Below the pieces are notes generated by a model. It saw nothing but the letters and a program-made list of their open reading frames with translations. It ran no database searches and was not told the DNA's origin. The translations under genes and the position numbers were made by a program. From positions 542,497-606,496 of the forward strand of contig JAWKUB010000005.1 of assembly GCA_041398745.1 (NCBI GenBank): 64,000 nt of DNA, given 5' to 3'. Origin of the DNA: Planctomycetaceae bacterium. Its GTDB lineage: Bacteria; Planctomycetota; Planctomycetia; Planctomycetales; Planctomycetaceae. Positions 16,927-26,969 of the stretch are shown here, in pieces. Position 1 is the stretch's first letter. The number at the start of each line of letters is the position of its first letter.

Positions 16927-19900
16927 ATGGACTCATTCCCGCCGATTCGCGTGTTGCATGTTGGGGTGACTTCCGCTGCCGCCTTTGCATTCATTTCATG
17001 GGTGCTTTTGCCCAGATTGCGTCAACAATTTGCTTTGCCAGCGGACCCCGTCGCAACGGTAGGACGCGCCGGACGTTACGCAATGTTCGCATGGCTACGA
17101 AATGTCTGTGGGATTTGTGTCGTCGCCTCCCTTGTCGTCGCCGGGATCTTGAGCGCGCTCTGGTTGTCCTCAGGGGCAATTGAACGAGACTCGCTAGACT
17201 CTTCACGTGCCCTCTTTGCTTCAGCAAGGGACATTCTCAAAGCGGTGCGCCCATTTTGGTGGATAGCGTCAACCGGGCTTCTAATTGCGGGTATGGCGAT
17301 CATCGCAAGGGCTCGCGCTCGCCGAGGGTGTGAAGAGTTCTATGCCGAGGAAGTGAAGCGACAGGTATTGCGGCTGCAAGAAGACCGGGAGAACGGCAAG
17401 CTTCCGGAGTTGCCGCCAGACGACGTGATGCGGAAGATCTTGGAACATGTCCACACACTTGATCGGCAACTCGGCGAGCTATTGAGCAATTCGCAACTCC
17501 AGGTCGGCGACAAGCAGAGGCTTAAAAAAATCGCCGAGGCAGAAATCGGCAAATTGGTCGCCATGTATCAATGGCGAGATCTTGAGCGCCGAGTTGAATG
17601 GCAGAACATAGACATTGCCTCGGCCTTGATTGCCCCGAGTCCGGATGCGGGAAATAGCTTCAAAAGTCGAATGGCCCGTTTTTTGACGTCTAAGTCGACA
17701 GTGTCTTTTCTGGATCGAGGCACACGCTACTTGGTAATTGCCAGTACATTGCTCACGTTGTTGTCAACCGTTGGCTGGATGTCCGTGCCTGCGGCGAGCG
17801 TTGCGACGTCGGAACACGATCGAATCGAAGATTTGCAGGCTGCGTTCAATGCGATCGACGAGGTTGTTGCCGCTGGGGTACTTCCGGCTTCAGAGGACGA
17901 AGAGGCTCAGGCAGCGATTGATGAGGCAACAGCGGCCCTAAATCAGATTGATCAGGAAGTATCAGCTGGCTCTTCCGATCTTGACGATCTGGAACAGAGG
18001 ATTGCTTCCAAGGTCAAAGCGTACAAGTCAGATGTCGGAGCGGCAGATGCACTCTTTGAGGAAATTGACTCCGCTTTCAAAGAGCAAGAAACGCGGAAAC
18101 CACCCCGTTCTCCTCTCGATATTCCAGCGGACGCACCGGGCAATGCTGATCGAGTCGCTGAGTTGGAGGCACAGCTCGCTGAACTTTCTGAACTGTCTCA
18201 AAAGGCAGAGTCGCTCGAAGCAAAGCCCGCCTCAACGATCCGCCGTGATCTCACTGCGGCCACTGAAAAGGTGGGTGAATCGACTAGACAATCTGCGGTC
18301 TTCGAAACTCAAATTGATCAACAGCGCCGACGTATCCGCGCTGCCCAAGCTAAACAGGATGCACGCTTTGAGAATCGACTCTCAGCACTTAATGCGAAAA
18401 GAGCTGAACTGGAAAGATATGCGTCCAATCCGGCTCTGGAAGCCGATGCGGCTAAGGCTCTTGATTTGGTTGACGGAAACAAGGAGGTTGTAGAACAGCG
18501 GGTGAGGAAGAGTAAGACGCTGTTCGGGGCCGCAGAAGCACGTGTAGCAGCGTCATCAAGAGCAGTCGAATCTCATCTTGCCAAAGCGGAAGGCGTATCA
18601 GCCATGATACCCGGCTCAGTAGATGCACCGCCTTGGGTTGACACTCTACCGAACTTGGTTCGTGAAATTCGACGGCGATACGGACAGACAAAAACCGAAT
18701 TGACGCTGGAGGCTGCTCGTCTGAACCCGCGGCCTCTAACTCTAACTTCAGAAGAAGTGACATTGAAGAATCACGCTCTTGACGTCATTGAAAGCCAAAT
18801 GGCGGAAGCATTTGAAGGGCTGTCGCCGAATGCTCGCGAAATGACGTCGAGCTCCAAATCAACTGCTGCTGCGGAGCAGATTCTGAGGTCACACGCAGCA
18901 AAATTTGATGCTCGGAACGTGCCAGGGACTTACCTGTCGGCGGACGGGTTGCCACCCGAGACACGAGAGTTTCTCAAGGCATTTACTGAGCGGGGCCCGC
19001 CTGAACAATCACTTCGCGGCAAATTAAATAGAATATTGGAGGGAGTCATTCCGTCACTTTCCGAATCTCAAAGGGCGGAGTTGCGCAGTACCCAGCCGCG
19101 CCGTGTAACTGCGACTATGAGCGAGTTCGTGTCACCGCTTTTTCGTAGTGCCACCATGGAAACCCTTCCAGACGTCTTCCATCCGGCAATCGACGCTGCC
19201 AATGAGTTGGTAACAGAACTGGCGTCCGGCACATCACTGAAGCCAACATTCGAAAGTCCGCTGACTGAATTGGAGTCTGGCAGGGCTCTGCAACAGAACC
19301 TTCGCCGCGTTTCAAGCTCTTTCGAACAGTCGGTGGTGACTGAGGCGATTCAGAGAAGCCCGGCGACGTTGGAGACTGAGCGGATTGTCAGTCGCAATGC
19401 TGATGGACCACAGCTCGCAAATGAACAGAATATCAGCAAGGCCTTTGAAGATTATTTTGATCGAGTGCCAGAGTCAGTTCGGCGAAGTCGGCAGGTACCC
19501 GGAATAAGTGCAGTCGAATCTTTTGATTCCCACTTCCCGGGCCAGAATCCTCCTCCTCCTGATATCCCTGATTTCGGGGGACCAACGGCCCCAAAGCCGC
19601 CCAAGGGACCGGCGCCAAGTGGAAGCGGGTCTGCATCGCTAGCGAGAAGGATCGAGCAGAACCTGTACCGCAGCACTAGGCTTAGCAGTCAGGCTGCTCA
19701 GAATCTCCGTTTCACATCGTCTCAGTCGTTCTCTCGTGCTCGAAGCTTCAGCAGACTCCGCGGCTTTCGGAGAATCGGGGGCGTGCTGATTGGACGGGAG
19801 TTGGAAGGTGATCCCCAGATCACTGACATTGACTGGGATTGGAATACAGACGACGACAGGATTCGATTACGCATCAAGGGGAACGATGGCACGTGGCACG

Positions 19901-21696
19901 AATCAGAGTACTTTGATCCGCATACGATGGAACTCGCCCTTGCGTATGCCGCTGATGGTCGGCCAATTACTGTTACCATGGTAACGGCATCACCATTGCC
20001 GGAATTGCAGATACTCCTTCACCCGACTCTGGTTGACACAAGCGTCGGACAGGATGCAATTGAGCTCGACCGCTTCGTTGACACCTATGCTCGACGAGAG
20101 CCCTTCTGTCAAGAGGCCGAAAACCGAGTCCGGTCGGCGAAAGACCTTTTTAGACTTGCTTGGGCCGTCCGAGTTCTCCAACTGAAGGAATATGGTTTCG
20201 GCGCAGTGCAGAGCCCTGACGAAGGAGCAGAGCTTCTTCAAATCTATGCGGCAACCTTCGCCGCTGCCTCTCGAATCCTCGAAGAGGCAGACGAAACCTA
20301 TTTGGTCGCGAAGCAAAACGCCAAGACTCTAAAGGACACCCCAGTGTCCGATCGCCCGGAGTTTTTCGACAAAACACTAGTTGCATACACAGAACGCGCG
20401 TTGGCATCCGACTCGTTTGAGGGATTTCGGGATTCAATTCAAACGGCAGCAAACAACGAAATGAGGTCTGTGATCCGCAAGTCCGGTGGCAGCAATTTCG
20501 AGTGGCTTGTGCAAAACCCAAAAGCGTGGCGAGTTTTCTCCGAAGAGAGTGCGAGATTTGAATCTGCGTTGAATACATACAACCAGAACGTCAAACGATA
20601 CAACAACCGAGTAAACCCTTCACGCACAGACTCTATTCTGGACCGGCTACGAGGTGGTGCATTTGACATAGAAGACTATCAACGATTGCAGGATTCACAT
20701 CAAAACGATCAGCTCGCAAATTCGATAGACGAGCAACTGGCATGGCTGGAAGCCGAGAAACCCAGGATCGAGCAGCAACAAAAGAGTCTGCAAGAGCAAC
20801 AGGAGCAGCTTGAAAAATACCTGTTCCCTGTGGTCTCAGGCACAATCACATGGAGACTACCTCCGGCAGATTTCGAAGTCTGGAGCGGCGTTCGCGAGTC
20901 GAACTTCGAATGCACCCTGGAGAATCTGACTCAACCTAGTGGTGACGAGTTGCCGTTTCGCTTCATGCTGCAAACAGCATTTACATCCCCTGCCTTCTTT
21001 GACGCATCCGGCGAACTAATCGAGGACGAAGAGGACGACAGAAACGAGGATGACATTCCTCCGTGGACGTTTGAAGCGATATCTGACGAGCTGCACCAGT
21101 CTGTGGTTACCAGCGTGACGGAGGAAGAGCGCCTGCTCATCTCTCGCATGTCTGAATTCACGCAACTCCAGCGCATTTTCCGCCTCTTCTTTGAATCCAA
21201 TCATCCGCAGTTGCATCGTCTCGTTGAGCTCAACTCGGAATTGAACCAAGCCGTTCCAGTGAAATTGGTTCGGACATCCCGATGGAATGCTCGGCCCGGG
21301 GCTCTTGAGATAATCTTGCAAATTCAACTTCTCGAGTTTGGCCCGAAGTTGGAAAACACTGAAGCTAAGTCACAGTTGGACGAGCTTTCAGAGCTAGTGA
21401 CTGAGCAGTTGAATGCTGTCGCGACGCTCCGTGAATTACAAGCTGCTGACGAGAGTGACTGGAGTGAGGGCTGGGACAGATACCTCAGGGCAATTGAAGC
21501 TGGAAGAAAGAAGCTTCCAGACATTGTGTCCAGCCTCGGCAGTATCAGTCGGGCCCAACAAGAAAACAAAGTGCTGGAACAGCTGCACCAAACGGCTAAT
21601 CAGTACTCTTTGGCGGTGCAGTTGAGGTCCGAGCTTGGGGTCATAGAAGACGATCGCGCGGTTTTGAAACGCTCGCTTGATAGGGGGAGTGAGTGA
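16927..21696 (+). CDS. 1589-aa hypothetical protein with ~4 N-terminal TM segments, a long coiled-coil, a Pro-rich linker and a large C-terminal region of unknown fold
   Basis: Hydrophobic stretches VGVTSAAAFAFISWVLL, VCGICVVASLVVAGILSALWL, WWIASTGLLIAGMAIIA and YLVIASTLLTLLSTVGWM. The middle is A/E/Q/L-rich, followed by NPPPPDIPDFGGPTAPKPPKGPAPSG. No P-loop or catalytic motif was seen. Confidence 0.75.
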   Translation: MDSFPPIRVLHVGVTSAAAFAFISWVLLPRLRQQFALPADPVATVGRAGRYAMFAWLRNVCGICVVASLVVAGILSALWLSSGAIERDSLDSSRALFASARDILKAVRPFWWIASTGLLIAGMAIIARARARRGCEEFYAEEVKRQVLRLQEDRENGKLPELPPDDVMRKILEHVHTLDRQLGELLSNSQLQVGDKQRLKKIAEAEIGKLVAMYQWRDLERRVEWQNIDIASALIAPSPDAGNSFKSRMARFLTSKSTVSFLDRGTRYLVIASTLLTLLSTVGWMSVPAASVATSEHDRIEDLQAAFNAIDEVVAAGVLPASEDEEAQAAIDEATAALNQIDQEVSAGSSDLDDLEQRIASKVKAYKSDVGAADALFEEIDSAFKEQETRKPPRSPLDIPADAPGNADRVAELEAQLAELSELSQKAESLEAKPASTIRRDLTAATEKVGESTRQSAVFETQIDQQRRRIRAAQAKQDARFENRLSALNAKRAELERYASNPALEADAAKALDLVDGNKEVVEQRVRKSKTLFGAAEARVAASSRAVESHLAKAEGVSAMIPGSVDAPPWVDTLPNLVREIRRRYGQTKTELTLEAARLNPRPLTLTSEEVTLKNHALDVIESQMAEAFEGLSPNAREMTSSSKSTAAAEQILRSHAAKFDARNVPGTYLSADGLPPETREFLKAFTERGPPEQSLRGKLNRILEGVIPSLSESQRAELRSTQPRRVTATMSEFVSPLFRSATMETLPDVFHPAIDAANELVTELASGTSLKPTFESPLTELESGRALQQNLRRVSSSFEQSVVTEAIQRSPATLETERIVSRNADGPQLANEQNISKAFEDYFDRVPESVRRSRQVPGISAVESFDSHFPGQNPPPPDIPDFGGPTAPKPPKGPAPSGSGSASLARRIEQNLYRSTRLSSQAAQNLRFTSSQSFSRARSFSRLRGFRRIGGVLIGRELEGDPQITDIDWDWNTDDDRIRLRIKGNDGTWHESEYFDPHTMELALAYAADGRPITVTMVTASPLPELQILLHPTLVDTSVGQDAIELDRFVDTYARREPFCQEAENRVRSAKDLFRLAWAVRVLQLKEYGFGAVQSPDEGAELLQIYAATFAAASRILEEADETYLVAKQNAKTLKDTPVSDRPEFFDKTLVAYTERALASDSFEGFRDSIQTAANNEMRSVIRKSGGSNFEWLVQNPKAWRVFSEESARFESALNTYNQNVKRYNNRVNPSRTDSILDRLRGGAFDIEDYQRLQDSHQNDQLANSIDEQLAWLEAEKPRIEQQQKSLQEQQEQLEKYLFPVVSGTITWRLPPADFEVWSGVRESNFECTLENLTQPSGDELPFRFMLQTAFTSPAFFDASGELIEDEEDDRNEDDIPPWTFEAISDELHQSVVTSVTEEERLLISRMSEFTQLQRIFRLFFESNHPQLHRLVELNSELNQAVPVKLVRTSRWNARPGALEIILQIQLLEFGPKLENTEAKSQLDELSELVTEQLNAVATLRELQAADESDWSEGWDRYLRAIEAGRKKLPDIVSSLGSISRAQQENKVLEQLHQTANQYSLAVQLRSELGVIEDDRAVLKRSLDRGSE

Positions 21697-23141
21697 GACT
21701 TTTCATCTCCTATAATCGTGACAGCGGCAGCAACTACGCGGAGTTCCTCCTATCAAAGATCGATTCGGAGGATGAGTGGGAGTCGCTCATTGATATTGAA
21801 CCGTCGGTAGTCACGAACGATTACTGGGATGATCTGGTTACTTCGCTAAAGTTTTGTGACTGTGTGCTCTTTGTGGCCACACGAGGAGCGTGCGACTCAG
21901 ATGAATGCAAAGCGGAGGTGCGTTACGCAAAAGCAGAAAACAGGCCCGTCATTATTTGTGAATTCGAAAAGATCGAGTCGTACCCTCGCGGATTTGAATC
22001 ATTCCATATAGTCGAATTTCATGCCAACTTTTCCGTCGGGTGGGATCGCCTTCGAGATGTTATCCTGGCAGCAAAAGCGGCCAAGGCGTCCAAACCGTCA
22101 ACGGGGTCGTCGACGTCACGCGATGCGGATAACACAGAATCAACAACAACTTCGGTCCAGCGGCGTCCCAACATCAACATCACTGGAACCGTATTCACAG
22201 TCTTGGCGGCTTTTGTTTTCGGTGGTTTAAGCGGTGCGAAGTATTTCTCAGCTTCTCCTGTTGCCGAAATCCCAGCGGAGAAACCCTTTCCTGAAAACAC
22301 CATGAAAAAAACAGAGGGTGATGCGCCCCGGGAATCATTTGATAATGAATTTGAGGCCCCTGAGCCAGAAAGAACGTTGGATTTCCTCGCAATGAATGAA
22401 GAATGCGCGGGGATTATTGGTGCTGAAGAGCTAAGCACCCTGCCATTGAAAACAAAGGACCAGCTGCTCCGGGAAATATTTGGACCAGAGATGCAGGATA
22501 AAAACATTACGATTAAAAAGGTAACCGCAGCGCTTACCGAATTAGAAGAAACTGAATCCGCCTTTAAGCAACTGCATGCTGCAGTCCGCAACGCAATACA
22601 GGACCCTAACACCAACGTAGCAATTGTCAATGAACTTACTTTGGCCCTTGGCGAAATCCCGAATGCTGACGTCAGTGCCCCGGATCCGGTGAGGGAAGCC
22701 CAATTCAGTCGATTCGCTGGTGTCAAGAGCACTCTTGGCGACTGTTCTCTTCAGCTTGCAAATGCAAATCATGTCCTGGCTGCAGTTAGGAATCATCCGC
22801 AACACATAGACCGAATCATAAAAGAAATCCGGATAGAAGACCTTGGGATAGACGGGCTTTTCGTTGTCTCCGTAACTATCGATGGCGGAACGGAATCAAC
22901 AATGCTATGTCAGCTGGAAGTCCGGGGAGGTGTGATTGAGAATCCTCTCTATGAACGCCGACGACGCGAAATGGAATTGAGGGGTTATATGGATCGAGCG
23001 GGAATACCGGGTCTCATTCCAACGGGAGTTCCAAAGCTCGGGAAGTTGGCCGAGGAACTTGCCGCGAACGAAGGCAAGGTTTTTGACGTGCCCCCCAGGA
23101 AGCATATGAGAGAGCCTAATGAATCTGCTGGGGGCCACTAG
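21693..23141 (+). CDS. TIR-domain protein with one TM helix and a ~290-aa C-terminal domain
   Basis: MRLFISYNRDSGSNYAEFL... and DECKAEVRYAK (candidate catalytic Glu). The TM candidate is ITGTVFTVLAAFVFGGLSGA. A GTG start overlaps the upstream stop (GTGA). Confidence 0.75.
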   Translation: MRLFISYNRDSGSNYAEFLLSKIDSEDEWESLIDIEPSVVTNDYWDDLVTSLKFCDCVLFVATRGACDSDECKAEVRYAKAENRPVIICEFEKIESYPRGFESFHIVEFHANFSVGWDRLRDVILAAKAAKASKPSTGSSTSRDADNTESTTTSVQRRPNINITGTVFTVLAAFVFGGLSGAKYFSASPVAEIPAEKPFPENTMKKTEGDAPRESFDNEFEAPEPERTLDFLAMNEECAGIIGAEELSTLPLKTKDQLLREIFGPEMQDKNITIKKVTAALTELEETESAFKQLHAAVRNAIQDPNTNVAIVNELTLALGEIPNADVSAPDPVREAQFSRFAGVKSTLGDCSLQLANANHVLAAVRNHPQHIDRIIKEIRIEDLGIDGLFVVSVTIDGGTESTMLCQLEVRGGVIENPLYERRRREMELRGYMDRAGIPGLIPTGVPKLGKLAEELAANEGKVFDVPPRKHMREPNESAGGH

Positions 23142-25728
23142 CGATCTCAGGGTATTCCTCTCGTCGACATTTGTCGACATGATTGCCGAGCGGGACGCGC
23201 TGCAACGGACAACGTTCCCCAGCCTGTACCGTACCGCCCCTGTCGACGTCATCCCAATTGATCTGCGGTGGGGGATACGCGACGAAAATACTATAGGAGG
23301 GAAACTGATCGATCTGTGTCTCGACTCCGTATCACGAAGCTCAGTCTTTGTCGGGATGATTGGTCAACGGTACGGAGCTGTGATAGCAGATGAGATTCTG
23401 GCAACTAAGCTGCCGCAGCGAGACTATCTCAAGCTAGGGCTATCGCTGACAGAATGTGAAATTCGGGCGGCCTTTGCAATGAAGGAAAGTGGCGAGGGGC
23501 CGCAGCATCTCTTCTTTGGATTTCGTAAAAATGACTGGACGTTCTTAGATGAGCGGGTGCGTCTTTTGCTCCCCGACGCGTTTCGAAATTATGCACCCTA
23601 TGAATTTGCAGATGATGATCCGGCTCTACTCGGGAAGCTTGCCGATCTAAGGGATTTTATCCGTTCTCGTGACTGCACGGTCATTGAGTATGCGAATGCC
23701 GACGAGTTTGCAGAATGTGTGCGCCGCGAACTCATACAGATCGCCCCTCGGCTTCGTCAGTACTCCGGCCCGCATTACAGAGGTAACGTAGCTAACAGCG
23801 CTGCTCAGTCATTGATCGATGATTGGCGCAGGGGCAAACGGCTGTTTCTGATCCCAACTCCGCGACGCCTACTTCTGGTCGGGGAATCAGGTATTGGAAA
23901 AACACATGAAGTAACTCGATACCTTTCTGAGAATTCTGAGAACATCCTATGCGTAGTCGCTGACCAGTTCAGTTCGATGGAGGGCTGCCTTCAGTGGCTC
24001 GAAGATCGGCTTCAAGTGAGTGGCCACGAATGTGCCAACGCTGCCAGACCGATTCGCCGCCGGGTATTCGAGCGACTTGTGTCTTTCGGTAATTCGGACC
24101 AGAACTCCTTGATTCTTGATGGCCTTGAAGAGCTATCGGTGATTCCCGATCTGTCATGGCTCCCGGATTGTAGGTTGCGGGTTCTTGCGACGACCACAAC
24201 CGATTCGAAATGGCACGCAGCATTTGAGCGCCTGGATTTCACCGTGGCCGATTTCCCTGCTCTTTCAAATCGCGAAGCATTGAAACTCTCCACTGATCTT
24301 CTTGCGAGGTACGACAAGCAGGAATGGCTATCCATTACTCAGGCTGTCAGAGTAAGGGGGCTTAGGAATCCTCAAATGCTCGCAACACTGATTGGCGGGC
24401 TGCATCGCGAGGTTTATGAAACAGTCGATGAAACGGTAGATGACTACGCGGACTTTTCGTCTGCATCAAGAATGATTGCTCGAACGTGGGGCAAACTTGT
24501 CGAAGACCTTGAAAGAAGTCCGGAAGATGGTGTTGTTCGCCGAATACTCCATTTTGTTTCTATCAGTCCTGCAGGAATTCATTCCTACGATCTCGAAAGA
24601 TTGCTGCGCACGACGGTCAAAGCGAATACGAGCATTGCGATGTCCAACCTTCGACCTTTCCTAAAGGAAGACAGTATGTTCATCCGGTTGCGATCAGCAG
24701 CCTTCAATGCAGCACGGCGACACCTAAACCCAACCCGTGAAGAATTGCGACAAAGGTGGAATGAGTACGGCGAGTTTTTCAGTCGTCGTGACGACATCCC
24801 CTTGAGCAGGCGTTGGGCAGCGTTACGTGGGTTGGGCGAACGGAGTAGCAATGACTCGTGGTGCCTCTCGCTGTTAGCTTCTGCTCCGCGGGAAATCATG
24901 GAATTGGCTTTCAGCAATGTTCGATTATTCCTGCATACCACTACCCGGGACGCTCAACTCAAGATTTTGGACGTTTTGTACGGCAAAGTCCCTGCGGAAT
25001 CACTCGAACTCGCAGCTCAACTTGGCCACACTGCTCTTGCCGCAGAGCGACTAGAACGTTTGCCGCCGCATCAATTTCGATTAGCTGTTATTCGCGTGGC
25101 CCCTGCGCTGATCGACTCGAACACAACGGAGACTGCAAGGCGTCACCTGATGCACTTGCTTCCGCTGGAAATGCCTGTAGCCGAACGGATTCAGACACTT
25201 CTCCTGCTTGCACACTTGGAAGTCAACGAAGGAAATCTAAAGGTTGCCGAACGCATACTTGACTCCTGCGAAGGTCACACTCTAAATGAGGACCCGCTTT
25301 CCCTTTCTAGGTGCTGGATTACGCTGTTTCGCAGTCGAATTGAATTCGCCGTGGGTGCACAAATCCCGATCCAAAGAATGATCAATCTACAGCAGACGTT
25401 TCTACAACACGAGGAGCAACGAGGAGCAGGATGGGCCGCGGTATGGATGTTTGACGTTTACGAAAAACAGGGTAACTACACGGAGGCAAACATGTCGGCG
25501 ATGACGCTGATTGGTGAGCTGGAGCAATCAAAGCTCCTGGGTCTGTACCGCATTATTTCACTAAGGCTTGCACACATGCTCGTCAGCCTTGACAGAGATT
25601 TGAGCTTGGCATTGCGATTGTTGGACAACTACGAACGGATCGGAACTGGGCTTTCGGATAATCGAAAACAAAGTGCCGACACCGAGTCTCTTAGAGCTGA
25701 GATCCTGCGTCGATTTGGAGGAGTTTAA
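23119..25728 (+). CDS. DUF4062-like N-domain + NACHT-like STAND NTPase + C-terminal helical (TPR-like) repeats
   Basis: LRVFLSSTFVDMIAERDALQ (DUF4062 signature), Walker A LLVGESGIGKTH, Walker B SLILDGLEEL and RVLATTT. The C-terminus is alpha-helical and repeat-like. The gene overlaps the TIR gene by 23 nt. Confidence 0.75.
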   Translation: MNLLGATSDLRVFLSSTFVDMIAERDALQRTTFPSLYRTAPVDVIPIDLRWGIRDENTIGGKLIDLCLDSVSRSSVFVGMIGQRYGAVIADEILATKLPQRDYLKLGLSLTECEIRAAFAMKESGEGPQHLFFGFRKNDWTFLDERVRLLLPDAFRNYAPYEFADDDPALLGKLADLRDFIRSRDCTVIEYANADEFAECVRRELIQIAPRLRQYSGPHYRGNVANSAAQSLIDDWRRGKRLFLIPTPRRLLLVGESGIGKTHEVTRYLSENSENILCVVADQFSSMEGCLQWLEDRLQVSGHECANAARPIRRRVFERLVSFGNSDQNSLILDGLEELSVIPDLSWLPDCRLRVLATTTTDSKWHAAFERLDFTVADFPALSNREALKLSTDLLARYDKQEWLSITQAVRVRGLRNPQMLATLIGGLHREVYETVDETVDDYADFSSASRMIARTWGKLVEDLERSPEDGVVRRILHFVSISPAGIHSYDLERLLRTTVKANTSIAMSNLRPFLKEDSMFIRLRSAAFNAARRHLNPTREELRQRWNEYGEFFSRRDDIPLSRRWAALRGLGERSSNDSWCLSLLASAPREIMELAFSNVRLFLHTTTRDAQLKILDVLYGKVPAESLELAAQLGHTALAAERLERLPPHQFRLAVIRVAPALIDSNTTETARRHLMHLLPLEMPVAERIQTLLLLAHLEVNEGNLKVAERILDSCEGHTLNEDPLSLSRCWITLFRSRIEFAVGAQIPIQRMINLQQTFLQHEEQRGAGWAAVWMFDVYEKQGNYTEANMSAMTLIGELEQSKLLGLYRIISLRLAHMLVSLDRDLSLALRLLDNYERIGTGLSDNRKQSADTESLRAEILRRFGGV

Positions 25729-25734
25729 GCAGAT

Positions 25735-26946
25735 CTAGAGAGGAGACGTGGCCATTCCAAAGACTGCATCCGCAGTTCGAATGTTGTCAAGCTTCGTTCC
25801 CGCTCCACATAGGCGAGTCTTCACTTCTGAAGCCTGAATTCTTCCTGTGTCGTTCATTAGACGCTGCCCCCATAGCGCAGCCAGACCAGCAACGTGCGGC
25901 GCAGCCATGCTTGTCCCTGACATCAAAGTAGGTGAGCCGTCGAGGCCTGCTGAAACGATTGATACACCAGGGGCGGCAATAGTGGCTCCATGGTTAGAAA
26001 ACCAAGCGATAGAATAGTCTTGTCCCTCTGCCGCAGTGCCGGTTTCTGAGTCGTTTCCTCGCCCAATTGCACTTACCGAAACGACTCCCTTTGCTGCCGC
26101 AGGAGGCGCTACCTGAATACTGTAGTCAGGACTGATGTGCCGACGACTTTCATTTCCGGCTGCGGCTACCAAGAGCGTACCTCCCCCAATCAGGTCACGA
26201 GCTAAGAGCCAGTCCGACAGCTGCCGAAACACCTCTACATTTTCAACGTACGCAGAGAGAGCCGTTGATGTTGCCAGATCCGCAGGGACGCCGTTGTCTG
26301 TCAGCTGCTTTGCATAACCCGGGAAGTCCATTCCGAGGGACATGGAAATTACATTCGCCCCTTGCTCGACCGCGGCCCACTGAATTGCTGCGGCGATGGT
26401 TTCTGAAGATCCTCCGCCTTTCCCGAGGACTTTCCCAATAATTGCCTTCGACACGCCGCTTGCGACGCCGATTCGAGAACCGCCTGCAGTACGACCAAAG
26501 ATCGTCCCAGCGCAATGTGTTCCATGCCCATCAGTGTCTTGAGGAACGTCCCTTGTAAAGTTCTTAATAATCATCCGATCTGCGATGTGTTCGAATGCTT
26601 CGAGGCCTTCAAATTGCTCACAGATTCCTGTATCAAGTACAGCGACGGCAACGCCCTCTCCGCTTAAAACCGACTCATTGGCGCGGACTGCCAAAATTCC
26701 CCACGAGCTCTCTCTGTCTGTTCCAGTTGGCGAAAATGAACTCAACCGCTCTGGGACACGTGGATACGACATTGGCATCGGTGGTGCCATCGCCAATAGG
26801 GAATCGTCCCTGCGTGCATCTGCTATTTCAGCAGCGGTCAACTTGAAAGTTTCTATTCCGATTTCATGCTGCGCGACGTCGAACCTGCTCGCTCGCACTC
26901 GACTACCAGACGACTGTGACTTAGCTCTCAGTAAAATGTACTGCAT
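25735..26946 (-). CDS. Subtilisin-like (S8) serine protease with no obvious signal peptide
   Basis: VAVLDTGI (Asp), HGTHCAGTI (His) and GTSMAAPHVAGLAAL (Ser). Confidence 0.85.
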   Translation of the reverse strand: MQYILLRAKSQSSGSRVRASRFDVAQHEIGIETFKLTAAEIADARRDDSLLAMAPPMPMSYPRVPERLSSFSPTGTDRESSWGILAVRANESVLSGEGVAVAVLDTGICEQFEGLEAFEHIADRMIIKNFTRDVPQDTDGHGTHCAGTIFGRTAGGSRIGVASGVSKAIIGKVLGKGGGSSETIAAAIQWAAVEQGANVISMSLGMDFPGYAKQLTDNGVPADLATSTALSAYVENVEVFRQLSDWLLARDLIGGGTLLVAAAGNESRRHISPDYSIQVAPPAAAKGVVSVSAIGRGNDSETGTAAEGQDYSIAWFSNHGATIAAPGVSIVSAGLDGSPTLMSGTSMAAPHVAGLAALWGQRLMNDTGRIQASEVKTRLCGAGTKLDNIRTADAVFGMATSPL

Positions 26947-26969
26947 ATGCTTTCGCTCACTTCAGAGAT

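Noticed and set aside
22019-22732. 237-aa minus-strand ORF
   Set aside because: It is antisense to the TIR-TM gene, S/A/L-rich and without motifs. The sense frame is tightly coupled to its neighbours.
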